Shown here: positions 1 to 6,853 of the stretch, piece after piece | Layout: every line of letters starts with the position of its first letter | Position numbering within the stretch: the first letter of the stretch is position 1 | Assembly: GCA_963847705.1 (NCBI GenBank) | Contig: CAWKBC010000020.1 | Location: 1-12,140 of the forward strand | Direction of reading: 5' to 3' | Length of the DNA: 12,140 bases | From: an uncultured Pseudomonadota bacterium | GTDB taxonomy: Bacteria; Myxococcota_A; Polyangia; Fen-1088 | Program-made: the position numbers and the translations under genes | The notes under the pieces: generated by a model | Databases searched by the model: none | Told to the model about the DNA's origin: nothing | The model's input: the letters and a program-made list of their open reading frames with translations, nothing else

Positions 1-12
1 CCAGCGGGGAGT

Positions 13-1305
13 CTAGCGTCGATCCGGGCCGGTGGTGAGCGCGACTCGGTCCCGGCGGGCGACCGGCGCGGCGACGGCGGCCGACCACCGCGCGTGAAGC
101 ACCCAGGTCGGTAACACGGTGCCGACCGCGAGCAGGATCATCGTGGGCCCGCGCTCCAATCCGGGTGGCGCGCCGAAGAGGAGCGCGTACCAGAGGAGCA
201 GCAGCCCCGCGCTGATCGAGATCGAAAGCCGGCGCCCGGGCGCGTCGTCGATCCCCTCACCGATGCTGACCAGCGCATCGATCAACGCGGCGAAGGGGAC
301 CGCGACCACCAGATCGACGAGATAGTGATGCCCCAGCGCCAAGGTGGCGACGATCGTCCCCGCCAACCAGAGCGCGCAGCCGGCACGCAGCGCCGGCCCC
401 AACCGGCGCGCGTGCCAGTAGAGCAGCAGCGTCCAGCCGACGTGGAGAGATGGCATACAGTTGGTCGGGCCGACCGAATGCGGCAGCTCGACGAGCCGGG
501 AGGCACCGGGCAGATCGGTGGGACCCCAAGGATAGCGGGCGCCGAACAGCGGGCTCGGCCCCACCACGGGGTAAAGGTAGTAGAGCAGGTAGCCGGCGAC
601 CGCGGCAGCGAGGATGACGTTCAGGACCTCGCGGCGAGAGCCGCCGCGGCGCTTCTCGCCGGCGATGACCGCCGTCATCGCGAATGGCAAGAAGATGTAG
701 ACGAGAGCCAGGAGCCGAGCCAGGAGCGGGCGCACGGCGGTCACCCGCCCCAGCGCGAAGCTCGGTTGACCGAGCCCCGCATCCAACCTGAGCACCACCG
801 GATCCCACGCGCGCTGGGACACGACGGTCGTCAGATCCAGGGAGAGGTCCATGATCATGCCGAATGCCGGGAGGACCACGGCCCAGTGCAGCCAGGCCCA
901 GGCCTCCGGATCGCGCGGCGAAACGGCTGCGCGGAACGCGAGCGCCGACAAGCTGCCGAACCCCAAGGCCACCAGGACGCTCTGCCCGAAGGGCACCCCC
1001 TGAAAATGGAATGCCCCCAGCCACGCCCGGTGCACCCAGATGCCCCCCACCGCAACGACCAGGAAGACCCGCAGCTCCCGCGTACGTGGCCGGCTCGCCA
1101 GCAGGAAGATCAGCGTGCAGAGCAGGTGCAGCCCCTGGATGGGGTGCACCATCGCCAGCGATCCGGTCGAGCCTCGGGCGGCGCTCAGCGTGGCGACACC
1201 GACGGCCGCGGCGGCCCAACCGAGGATCCGCGCCTGGTGTGATCGCCACCAGGCGATCGGCGGCAGCGCTGTCGGAATGCTGGGACTGTATGCGCTGAGG
1301 CGCAA
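13..1305 (-). CDS. PAP2-superfamily integral membrane protein (PAP2_3 / AUR1-IPC synthase-like phosphotransferase or phosphatase), paralog A
   Basis: 430-aa hydrophobic ORF with many TM segments. Motifs: YYLYPVVGP, NCMPSLH (PAP2 C2 PSxH, about 442-462) and GHHYLVDL (C3 HxxxD, about 313-330). Colinear with the 1482-2702 paralog. The start is a TTG at 1305 and is uncertain; stop TAG at 13-15. Confidence 0.88.
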   Translation of the reverse strand: MRLSAYSPSIPTALPPIAWWRSHQARILGWAAAAVGVATLSAARGSTGSLAMVHPIQGLHLLCTLIFLLASRPRTRELRVFLVVAVGGIWVHRAWLGAFHFQGVPFGQSVLVALGFGSLSALAFRAAVSPRDPEAWAWLHWAVVLPAFGMIMDLSLDLTTVVSQRAWDPVVLRLDAGLGQPSFALGRVTAVRPLLARLLALVYIFLPFAMTAVIAGEKRRGGSRREVLNVILAAAVAGYLLYYLYPVVGPSPLFGARYPWGPTDLPGASRLVELPHSVGPTNCMPSLHVGWTLLLYWHARRLGPALRAGCALWLAGTIVATLALGHHYLVDLVVAVPFAALIDALVSIGEGIDDAPGRRLSISISAGLLLLWYALLFGAPPGLERGPTMILLAVGTVLPTWVLHARWSAAVAAPVARRDRVALTTGPDRR

Positions 1306-1319
1306 ACCAACCAGGGATG

Positions 1320-1332
1320 TTACTTCAGTCCG
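1320..1332. repeat. Left arm of 13-bp perfect inverted repeat (TTACTTCAGTCCG)
   Basis: Exact reverse complement of 1434-1446. On the minus strand it reads CGGACTGAAGTAA and continues into TAACAT (1322-1317), a TAnnnT -10-like hexamer upstream of paralog A. Confidence 0.9.
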
Positions 1333-1433
1333 CTCGAGCGCGCGCGCCCGCGCCGATCCGACCGGGCCGCGCGCAAGAGCCAGACCACCGCCGATCGCGG
1401 CGTCGGCCAGGCGGGGCGCGTGGATGCCGAGGA

Positions 1434-1446
1434 CGGACTGAAGTAA
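1434..1446. repeat. Right arm of 13-bp perfect inverted repeat (CGGACTGAAGTAA)
   Basis: Exact reverse complement of 1320-1332, with 101 bp between the arms. It continues into TAAGCT (1444-1449), a TAnnnT -10-like hexamer upstream of paralog B. Confidence 0.9.
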
Positions 1447-1481
1447 GCTGGACCGAAGCGGTCAACCTTGCGTCTCGCGAC

Positions 1482-2702
1482 TTGAACTCCGCGACCTCGA
1501 CCGAGCCGCAGTCGCGCCGGTGGTGGACCTCACAGGCCTGGCAGACGGCCGGCTGGGTGGTGCTCGGCCTGGCAGCTCCGGCGGTGGATGCGGCCAGGGG
1601 CTCTCCCGGATGGCTGGCGCTCGTCCATCCGATCCAGGCGACGTCGCTGTTCGCGTCGATCGTGTTCTTGTTGGTGAGCGGTCCGCGCCTTCGGGACCTG
1701 TTGCTGTTCCTGGCAGGCGCGGTGGGATTTGCGCTGGGACACCGCGCCTGGCTCCACCTGTTCTCTTTCCGCGGCGTCCAGCTCGAGCAGAGCGCGCTGG
1801 TGGCGGCCGGCCTGGCCAGCCTGGTGGCCCTCGCTGCGCGGGCCGCCGCTTCGGAACGGGGCAGCGAGCCGCGGGCGTGGTTTCATCTGGCGGTGATGCT
1901 GCCGGCCTTCGGGATGGCCATGGGGCTCGCCCTCGATCTCACGGTTCCGCTGCACGGCTGGGCCTGGGATCCGATCGTCCTGGCGCTGGACGCCGGGTTC
2001 GGTCAGCCGAGCTTTGTCGTCGGGCGCGTCGCGGCCGACCACCCCGCGCTGCTGACGGTGCTCGGCCTCGTCTATCTGTTTCTTCCGGTGATGATGGCGG
2101 CGATGCTGGTGCTGGAAAAACGCCGGTCCGTCGACCGCGAGCACGGGCTGCTGAGGGCGATTCTCCTGGCGGCGATCGTGGGCTACGCGCTCTATCAGGT
2201 CTATCCGGTGGTCGGACCGGGCCCGCTGTTCGGCGCCCGCTTTCCCCGTGGGATCGCTGGCCTGGCCGGGCCCCCGCAGCGTCTCGTCGACGTCACCGCC
2301 ATCGAGGACCCGCGCAATTGCATGCCGTCTTTGCACGTCGCCTGGGCGCTGCTCATCTACTGGCACGCGCGGACGCTGGGCACGCCGGCGCGGGCGGCCG
2401 GCGCCCTCTGGTTGGGGTCGACGATCCTCGCCACGCTGGCGATGGGCCAGCACTACTTCATCGATCTCGTGGTGGCCATGCCGTTCGCCGCGCTGATCGA
2501 TGCGCTCGCCGGCGCAGCGCCACACCGGACCTCGGCGCGCCGCCAGCTCATGGTGACGACGGGGGTGCTCCTGGCGATCTGGTACGCCATCCTCCTGCTG
2601 ACGCCGCCGGGCGCGTCAGGCGGGTTGCTGCTGCGGCTGCTCGCGCTGGCGACCGTGGCCGCCAGCTGGACGCTGCACGCGCGCTGGTGCGCCCAGCGCT
2701 GA
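1482..2702 (+). CDS. PAP2-superfamily integral membrane protein (PAP2_3 / AUR1-IPC synthase-like), paralog B
   Basis: Motifs: YQVYPVVGP, RNCMPSLH (about 2313-2336) and GQHYFIDL (about 2445-2468). Similarity to paralog A begins at the WW pair near 1521, so the in-frame TTG at 1482 is preferred over the ORF-track ATG at 1317, which would leave no promoter space. Start uncertain. Confidence 0.88.
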   Translation: MNSATSTEPQSRRWWTSQAWQTAGWVVLGLAAPAVDAARGSPGWLALVHPIQATSLFASIVFLLVSGPRLRDLLLFLAGAVGFALGHRAWLHLFSFRGVQLEQSALVAAGLASLVALAARAAASERGSEPRAWFHLAVMLPAFGMAMGLALDLTVPLHGWAWDPIVLALDAGFGQPSFVVGRVAADHPALLTVLGLVYLFLPVMMAAMLVLEKRRSVDREHGLLRAILLAAIVGYALYQVYPVVGPGPLFGARFPRGIAGLAGPPQRLVDVTAIEDPRNCMPSLHVAWALLIYWHARTLGTPARAAGALWLGSTILATLAMGQHYFIDLVVAMPFAALIDALAGAAPHRTSARRQLMVTTGVLLAIWYAILLLTPPGASGGLLLRLLALATVAASWTLHARWCAQR

Positions 2703-2712
2703 TGGCGCCGGC

Positions 2713-3651
2713 TCAGCGTTGCTCCCGCCCGGCTCCGTCGTCCGGTGGGGCGCGCCCTGACCTGGCGGCCCGCGCGGCGACCTCGCGCGCGATCTCGGCG
2801 TCCAGCTCGGCGCCCAGGATCACGATGTACGCGGACAGCAAGAACCAGGTGAGGATCGTGATGATCACTCCCAGCGAACCGTCGACCCGGTCGGTCTTGG
2901 CATAGGTCGACGCGAACCAGGAGAACAGCGCCGACCCCGCCAGCCAGAGGGCCGTGGCCGCCAGCGATCCGGGCGACACCCACCGCCTGGTCGACGGCAC
3001 GTGCGCCGGCCCGTGGTGGTAGGCGACGCTCAAGGCGAGAAGGACCATCACGGTCAGCATCGGCCAGCGACCCCAGCGGATCAGCTGCTCCGCGAGCTCC
3101 GACATCCGGAAGAACGACAGGACGATGGGAAAGACGATCACCGCCGCGATGGAGATGACGCCCGAGGCGATTGCGCCCATGGTGAAGAGAAACGCGGTGA
3201 GGTTCAGCCGGATGAACCCCCGCGTCTCTTTTTGACCGAAGGCCAGGCTGAGCCCGGTGATGAGCGCCTTCATTCCTTTGGTCGCTGCCCAGATCGCGGC
3301 CACGATACCGATCGCCGCTTCCAGGCTCAGAGTGCCGGTCGAACGGGCGGTGAGCTTCGACATCTGATCCTGGATCGCCGTCCGGATGTCGGGCGGAAGC
3401 GCGCCGGCGAAGGCGTCGATCTGGCGCGCGACGTCCTCGGGATTGGCCACCAACCCGTAGAGGGAGACCAGCGCGGCCAGGGCGGGGAACATGGAGAGGA
3501 ACGCGAAGAAGGCGACGCCGCCCGCGAGCACCGACGCCTGGTGGCGCTGGGTGGCGCTTCGCATCCGGTTGGCGATCCCGCGCCATCCTCCGGCGCGGAG
3601 CAGGGCCAAGATCCCCGGGTCGTCTCCGGGGGCGCTCCCTGGGCTCCTCAA
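2713..3651 (-). CDS. YihY/virulence factor BrkB family inner-membrane protein
   Basis: Typical family segments LAGGVAFFAFLSMFPAL, W..T..M..L..GL..AF....TR, PGSLAATALW, and GSLGVIITILTWFLLSAYIVILGAELDAE. The TTG start overlaps the upstream stop (TTGA, 3651-3648), with GGAGG at 3662-3658. Confidence 0.92.
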   Translation of the reverse strand: MRSPGSAPGDDPGILALLRAGGWRGIANRMRSATQRHQASVLAGGVAFFAFLSMFPALAALVSLYGLVANPEDVARQIDAFAGALPPDIRTAIQDQMSKLTARSTGTLSLEAAIGIVAAIWAATKGMKALITGLSLAFGQKETRGFIRLNLTAFLFTMGAIASGVISIAAVIVFPIVLSFFRMSELAEQLIRWGRWPMLTVMVLLALSVAYHHGPAHVPSTRRWVSPGSLAATALWLAGSALFSWFASTYAKTDRVDGSLGVIITILTWFLLSAYIVILGAELDAEIAREVAARAARSGRAPPDDGAGREQR

Positions 3652-5030
3652 AACGCCCCTCCGCCGGCGGCGCTGAACACGAACCCCAGGCCGACCGCGC
3701 CGTAATAGCCGGTGCGCGGTTGCGGGAAGATCTCCGCCAGCCCCGCGTGCAGGTTGAGGAGCACGTCACCGAGCTCGAGGTTCAGCTGGTACTCGAGGTG
3801 CACGATGGCGGCGAAGCCATCGCCGATCAGCCAGGAGCCGGTGGCGTTGAGCTGGTGGCTGAGCAGACCGGCGACGCTGAGCCCGAGCGGGACGAGCACG
3901 CCGGTGTCGATCACCGCCGCGCGCTTTCCCTCCGGCGCCTGGAGCGTTCCCCCCGCGCCCAGATAGGTCTGGGCGGGGACGAACGGGATCCCGAGCTCGA
4001 CCCCCCCCACCAGCGCCAGGTAGGGATCGCCGGGAGCCTTGAAGGCGCCCACCGACCAGAACGACGCGGTCGCCACCATGTCCTTGTAGGCGGGGCGGAT
4101 GGTGAGCTGCAGCGGCACCAGCTCGCGGTCGGCGATGGTCTTCTCCGCCGTATCTTTGACCTCTCTTTGGACGAAGACCTCCGCCACGTCGGCGAGCAGC
4201 TCGGGCGCCTCGATGGTGAAGGGGAGGATCTGCCAGACGGCGATCTCGTCCTCGGGCACGCGCGCGCCCAGCACGAAGGCGGTGAGGACGCCGCGGACGG
4301 AGAGGGTCGCCGCATCGATCAGGTGCCGCCGCCCCTCTTCGTTGGCCGGGTTGTCGAGGCGGCCGTCGCCGAACGTCACCCAGCGATGTCCTGCCCGATC
4401 GGTCGCCACGCGCCCGCGGGCGTTCCAGGCATCGTGAAACGACTTGGCGGCGGCCGCGCTCGAGGCCGCGCGGTTGAACCCCATGTGCCCGGCGGCGAAC
4501 GAGTCCTGCAGGTAGTGATCGGCGAAGGCGCTCTCGAAGAGCGCCAGCTGGAGCTGCTCGACGCTGCTCAGACCCTCTCCCGCGGCCCCCGCCAGCGCGT
4601 AGGCGATCGCCTGCTGGTGATACTCGGCCCACGAGCGGGTCGACATCGGATTGAAGTGGGCGCTGTTCTCCAGCGCCAGCAGGTAATAGGACTTCTTGCT
4701 GTGGAAACGCCAGGCGCCGGTCTGTGACAGGAACTCCGAGGGATGGCCGAGAAAGTCGCCGGCGATCGCGGTCGCGTCGCCATAGAGCTTGGCCAGGACC
4801 GGCAGGTTCTCTCCGCACACGCGCTCGAGGCGCAGCCTCATCCCGGCATCGGGCGTTCCGCGGGCGGCGACCGTCGCCCTCAGATCGGCGCAGGCGCGCA
4901 GGTAAGAGGTGCGACCGATCTCCTGATGCTCGACCGACGCCCAGGCGTGCGCCGTCGAGGCGGGGACGAGCGAGCCCAAGAACGCCCCCAGCGCGAAAAG
5001 CCCGCGACCCCTTCGCGAACGGCCCGTCAC
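3648..5030 (-). CDS. Secreted Zn-dependent phospholipase C-like protein (PLC/P1-nuclease fold) with probable C-terminal outer-membrane beta-barrel
   Basis: The GTG at 5030 gives a signal peptide ending AHA|W, then WASVEH, IAGDF, SAHF, FADHYLQDSFAAGH (4485-4526) and SFHDAWN. The last 140 aa or so form about 8 amphipathic, Gly/aromatic-rich strands and end in Phe. The ORF-track extension to 5207 looks non-coding. Confidence 0.72.
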   Translation of the reverse strand: MTGRSRRGRGLFALGAFLGSLVPASTAHAWASVEHQEIGRTSYLRACADLRATVAARGTPDAGMRLRLERVCGENLPVLAKLYGDATAIAGDFLGHPSEFLSQTGAWRFHSKKSYYLLALENSAHFNPMSTRSWAEYHQQAIAYALAGAAGEGLSSVEQLQLALFESAFADHYLQDSFAAGHMGFNRAASSAAAAKSFHDAWNARGRVATDRAGHRWVTFGDGRLDNPANEEGRRHLIDAATLSVRGVLTAFVLGARVPEDEIAVWQILPFTIEAPELLADVAEVFVQREVKDTAEKTIADRELVPLQLTIRPAYKDMVATASFWSVGAFKAPGDPYLALVGGVELGIPFVPAQTYLGAGGTLQAPEGKRAAVIDTGVLVPLGLSVAGLLSHQLNATGSWLIGDGFAAIVHLEYQLNLELGDVLLNLHAGLAEIFPQPRTGYYGAVGLGFVFSAAGGGAF

Positions 5031-5036
5031 CTGGGC

Positions 5037-5042
5037 AGTATG
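5037..5042 (-). promoter_or_regulatory. Putative -10 element CATACT of a leaderless promoter for the PLC-yihY operon
   Basis: On the minus strand CATACT lies 6 nt upstream of the GTG at 5030, and there is no Shine-Dalgarno sequence in front of that GTG. Confidence 0.35.
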
Positions 5043-5248
5043 GTTGTGCCAGGAACGTCTGCACCCGCGCCCGGAGAGTTTGCGAGAACGGCTGATCGCG
5101 CGCCGGCGGCGGTGGCGTCCGGGCGCGCCAGCGCCATATTGCCCCCGGGCCACCCTTCCCGGCGGCCTCCAGTCGCAGAAGCAGAAGCGAGGGCAGAGCC
5201 CTGACACCTTCGGCCAGACACCTCCCGGCGATCGCGGCGGCCGCGGTC

Positions 5249-6343
5249 GTGCTGCTCTCGATCCTCCTGGGGTTCCTGGCCCGGTGGCAGTTCCTGACCC
5301 GGCTCGCCCGCTACGCGGAGACGACGCCCTGGGCGGCGGACACCGCCGTCATCGCCTCGATGCGCTGGCCGTTGCCGACCTGGTGCCTCCTGGGCGGCGT
5401 CTACGCGGCGACGAAGATCGTGAGCATCCCGTCGCTGCTCGCCCGCTCCGTGGAGAAGGTGCTGCTCTCGGTGCTCATCGCCTCGATCAGCTTCTGGGTG
5501 GCCAGCCTCCTCGGCCGGCTGCTCGAGCTGCGCGGCGTCGGCGCGGGCCGCGTCCGGGCGACCTCCGGCACCGGCGTGGTCCGGACCGTGGTCCGGGTCG
5601 CCGTGCTGGCCATCGGGACGCTGGTCCTGCTCAGCACCCTCGGGATCTCGGTGGCGCCGCTGCTCACCACGATGGGCCTGGGCGGTCTGGCCGTCGCCTT
5701 CGGGCTCCGAGAGACGCTGGCCAACCTGTTTTCAGGGATGAACTTCACGCTGGCCGGAAACATCAACGTCGGCGACTTCGTGAAGCTGGGCGGGGGACAA
5801 GACGGTCAAGGCGGTTTCGAAGGGTACATCGAGGACATCCAGTGGCGGGTGACGCGCGTGAGGACGCTGCTCGACACGATCATCGTGATCCCCAACAGCC
5901 AGCTGGCCGACAGCATCGTGACCAACTACCACCAGCCCTCGCCTGCCGCCCTCATCCTCGTTCCGGTGGCTGTGCACGCGGCCAGTGACCTAGACCACGT
6001 CGAGCGCGTCACCTGTCGGGTCGCGCGTCAGATCATGGAGACGATCCCGGGCGGGGTCCCGGGGTTCGAGCCGTCGGTGCGCTACAAGGCGTTCGGCGAT
6101 TCGAGCATCGACTTCTGGGTCATCCTGCGGGTGCGGGCCTACCCCGATCTCCTTCTGGTCAGGCACACGTTCATCAAGGCGCTGGTCCGCGCCTTCGCGG
6201 CGGAGGGGATCGTCATCCCCTTCCCGGTCCGCGCGCTCAACCTGTCGCAAGAGGACGCCGCCGGTGCGATCGCCGACCGAGGAGGCTCCTCGGTTGGCTC
6301 GCCTCCCGACTCAGCTGCGCCGCCGACGTTCGGCGAACATTGA
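5249..6343 (+). CDS. mscS: Small-conductance mechanosensitive channel (MscS family)
   Basis: Pore helix LLTTMGLGGLAVAFGLRETLANLFSG, beta-domain INVGDFVKL...EGYIEDIQWRVTRVRT...IVIPNSQL, then FGDSSIDF and C-terminal GIVIPFPVR. Extra N-terminal TMs are present. The true start may be upstream (CTG at 5201). Confidence 0.93.
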   Translation: MLLSILLGFLARWQFLTRLARYAETTPWAADTAVIASMRWPLPTWCLLGGVYAATKIVSIPSLLARSVEKVLLSVLIASISFWVASLLGRLLELRGVGAGRVRATSGTGVVRTVVRVAVLAIGTLVLLSTLGISVAPLLTTMGLGGLAVAFGLRETLANLFSGMNFTLAGNINVGDFVKLGGGQDGQGGFEGYIEDIQWRVTRVRTLLDTIIVIPNSQLADSIVTNYHQPSPAALILVPVAVHAASDLDHVERVTCRVARQIMETIPGGVPGFEPSVRYKAFGDSSIDFWVILRVRAYPDLLLVRHTFIKALVRAFAAEGIVIPFPVRALNLSQEDAAGAIADRGGSSVGSPPDSAAPPTFGEH

Positions 6344-6368
6344 GCCGGGGAATCAGTCGATCCCTTCA

Positions 6369-6396
6369 TTGCCAACTTCCAGGCCAGCCGCACACT
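6369..6396 (+). promoter_or_regulatory. Putative sigma70-type promoter for the phasin-like gene (TTGCCA-N16-CACACT)
   Basis: TTGCCA at 6369-6374 and CACACT at 6391-6396 in a relatively AT-rich intergenic stretch 40 nt upstream of ATG 6436. Confidence 0.35.
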
Positions 6397-6435
6397 GACG
6401 CCCAACGAGAAAATCACTCACGTGATGGAGGGCCA

Positions 6436-6831
6436 ATGTTTGATCTGCTGTTCGAATCGTTCCGCAAGGCATCCGAGTCGTCGATGCAGGTGCCGATGGA
6501 CATCATCAAGAACCTGACGCAGCAGCTGCCCAGCGCCTCCGGGGCCGGGATGGAATGGTCCAAGACCTTTCAGAAGCGCTGGGCCGAGCTCGCCGTCGAC
6601 AGCTTGAACAAGCACCGGGAATCGCTGGACTCGACGTACCGGTCCGGGATTCAGCTCATCGAGCAGACGTTCCGGGTCTCCGACGTCAAGTCGTCCGCCG
6701 ACTACCAGAAGATCGTCGAACAGCTCTGGCAGAAGCTGCTCGACGTGTTCAAGGAGCAGTCCGAAGCTCAGGTTCGCGAGCTGCAGACCTGGGCGGCGAA
6801 GTCGTTCGAGATGCAGCGGGCCTCCGCCTAG
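6436..6831 (+). CDS. Small amphipathic all-helical protein, phasin-like (granule-associated protein candidate)
   Basis: 131 aa from ATG 6436, with RBS GGAGGG at 6427-6432. Rich in Q/E/K/S with no Cys. The segment FRVSDVKSSADYQKIVEQLWQKLLDVFKEQSEAQVRE resembles the phasin 'vks..e...lq' helix break. The CDS is certain; the function is inferred. Confidence 0.6.
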   Translation: MFDLLFESFRKASESSMQVPMDIIKNLTQQLPSASGAGMEWSKTFQKRWAELAVDSLNKHRESLDSTYRSGIQLIEQTFRVSDVKSSADYQKIVEQLWQKLLDVFKEQSEAQVRELQTWAAKSFEMQRASA

Positions 6832-6853
6832 CGGTCACGGGCCGGTCACGGGC
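6832..6853. repeat. Perfect 11-bp tandem repeat (CGGTCACGGGC)x2
   Basis: 6832-6842 and 6843-6853 are identical and start directly after the TAG of the phasin-like gene. Confidence 0.85.

Noticed and set aside
1317-1481. N-terminal extension of PAP2 paralog B from ATG 1317
   Set aside because: It is low-complexity, Arg-rich sequence with no match in paralog A, and it would leave only 11 bp between divergent genes and cover the mirrored promoter elements.
4001-4008. G8 tract (minus strand) at the start of the PLC barrel as a phase-variation switch releasing a barrel-less enzyme; also G6-G7 runs in the patatin
   Set aside because: The runs are short, in frame, encode Gly codons and are expected by chance at this GC content. 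A single sequence gives no evidence of length variation.
5036-5052. Possible sigma54 promoter (minus strand TGGCAC-AACCA-TACT)
   Set aside because: The -24 box is perfect but the essential GC at -12 is missing.
5031-5207. N-terminal extension of the PLC ORF, and a possible Tat signal (SRRGRGLF)
   Set aside because: The extension buries the signal peptide and runs into the mscS start region. The RR lacks the S/T-R-R-x-F-L consensus, and a beta-barrel protein would be expected to use Sec.
5795-5812. Imperfect 9-bp duplication (GQD/GQG) lengthening a loop in the MscS beta-domain
   Set aside because: It is a small in-frame loop insertion with no evident functional consequence.
6413-6426. Dyad ATCAC-N4-GTGAT / TCACGTGA just before the phasin-like RBS
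   Set aside because: It is too short to distinguish from chance, and I cannot match it to a known operator.
6340-6435. TTG start at 6340 overlapping the mscS stop, extending the phasin-like protein
   Set aside because: ATG 6436 has a strong GGAGGG RBS, and the extension looks like promoter sequence.
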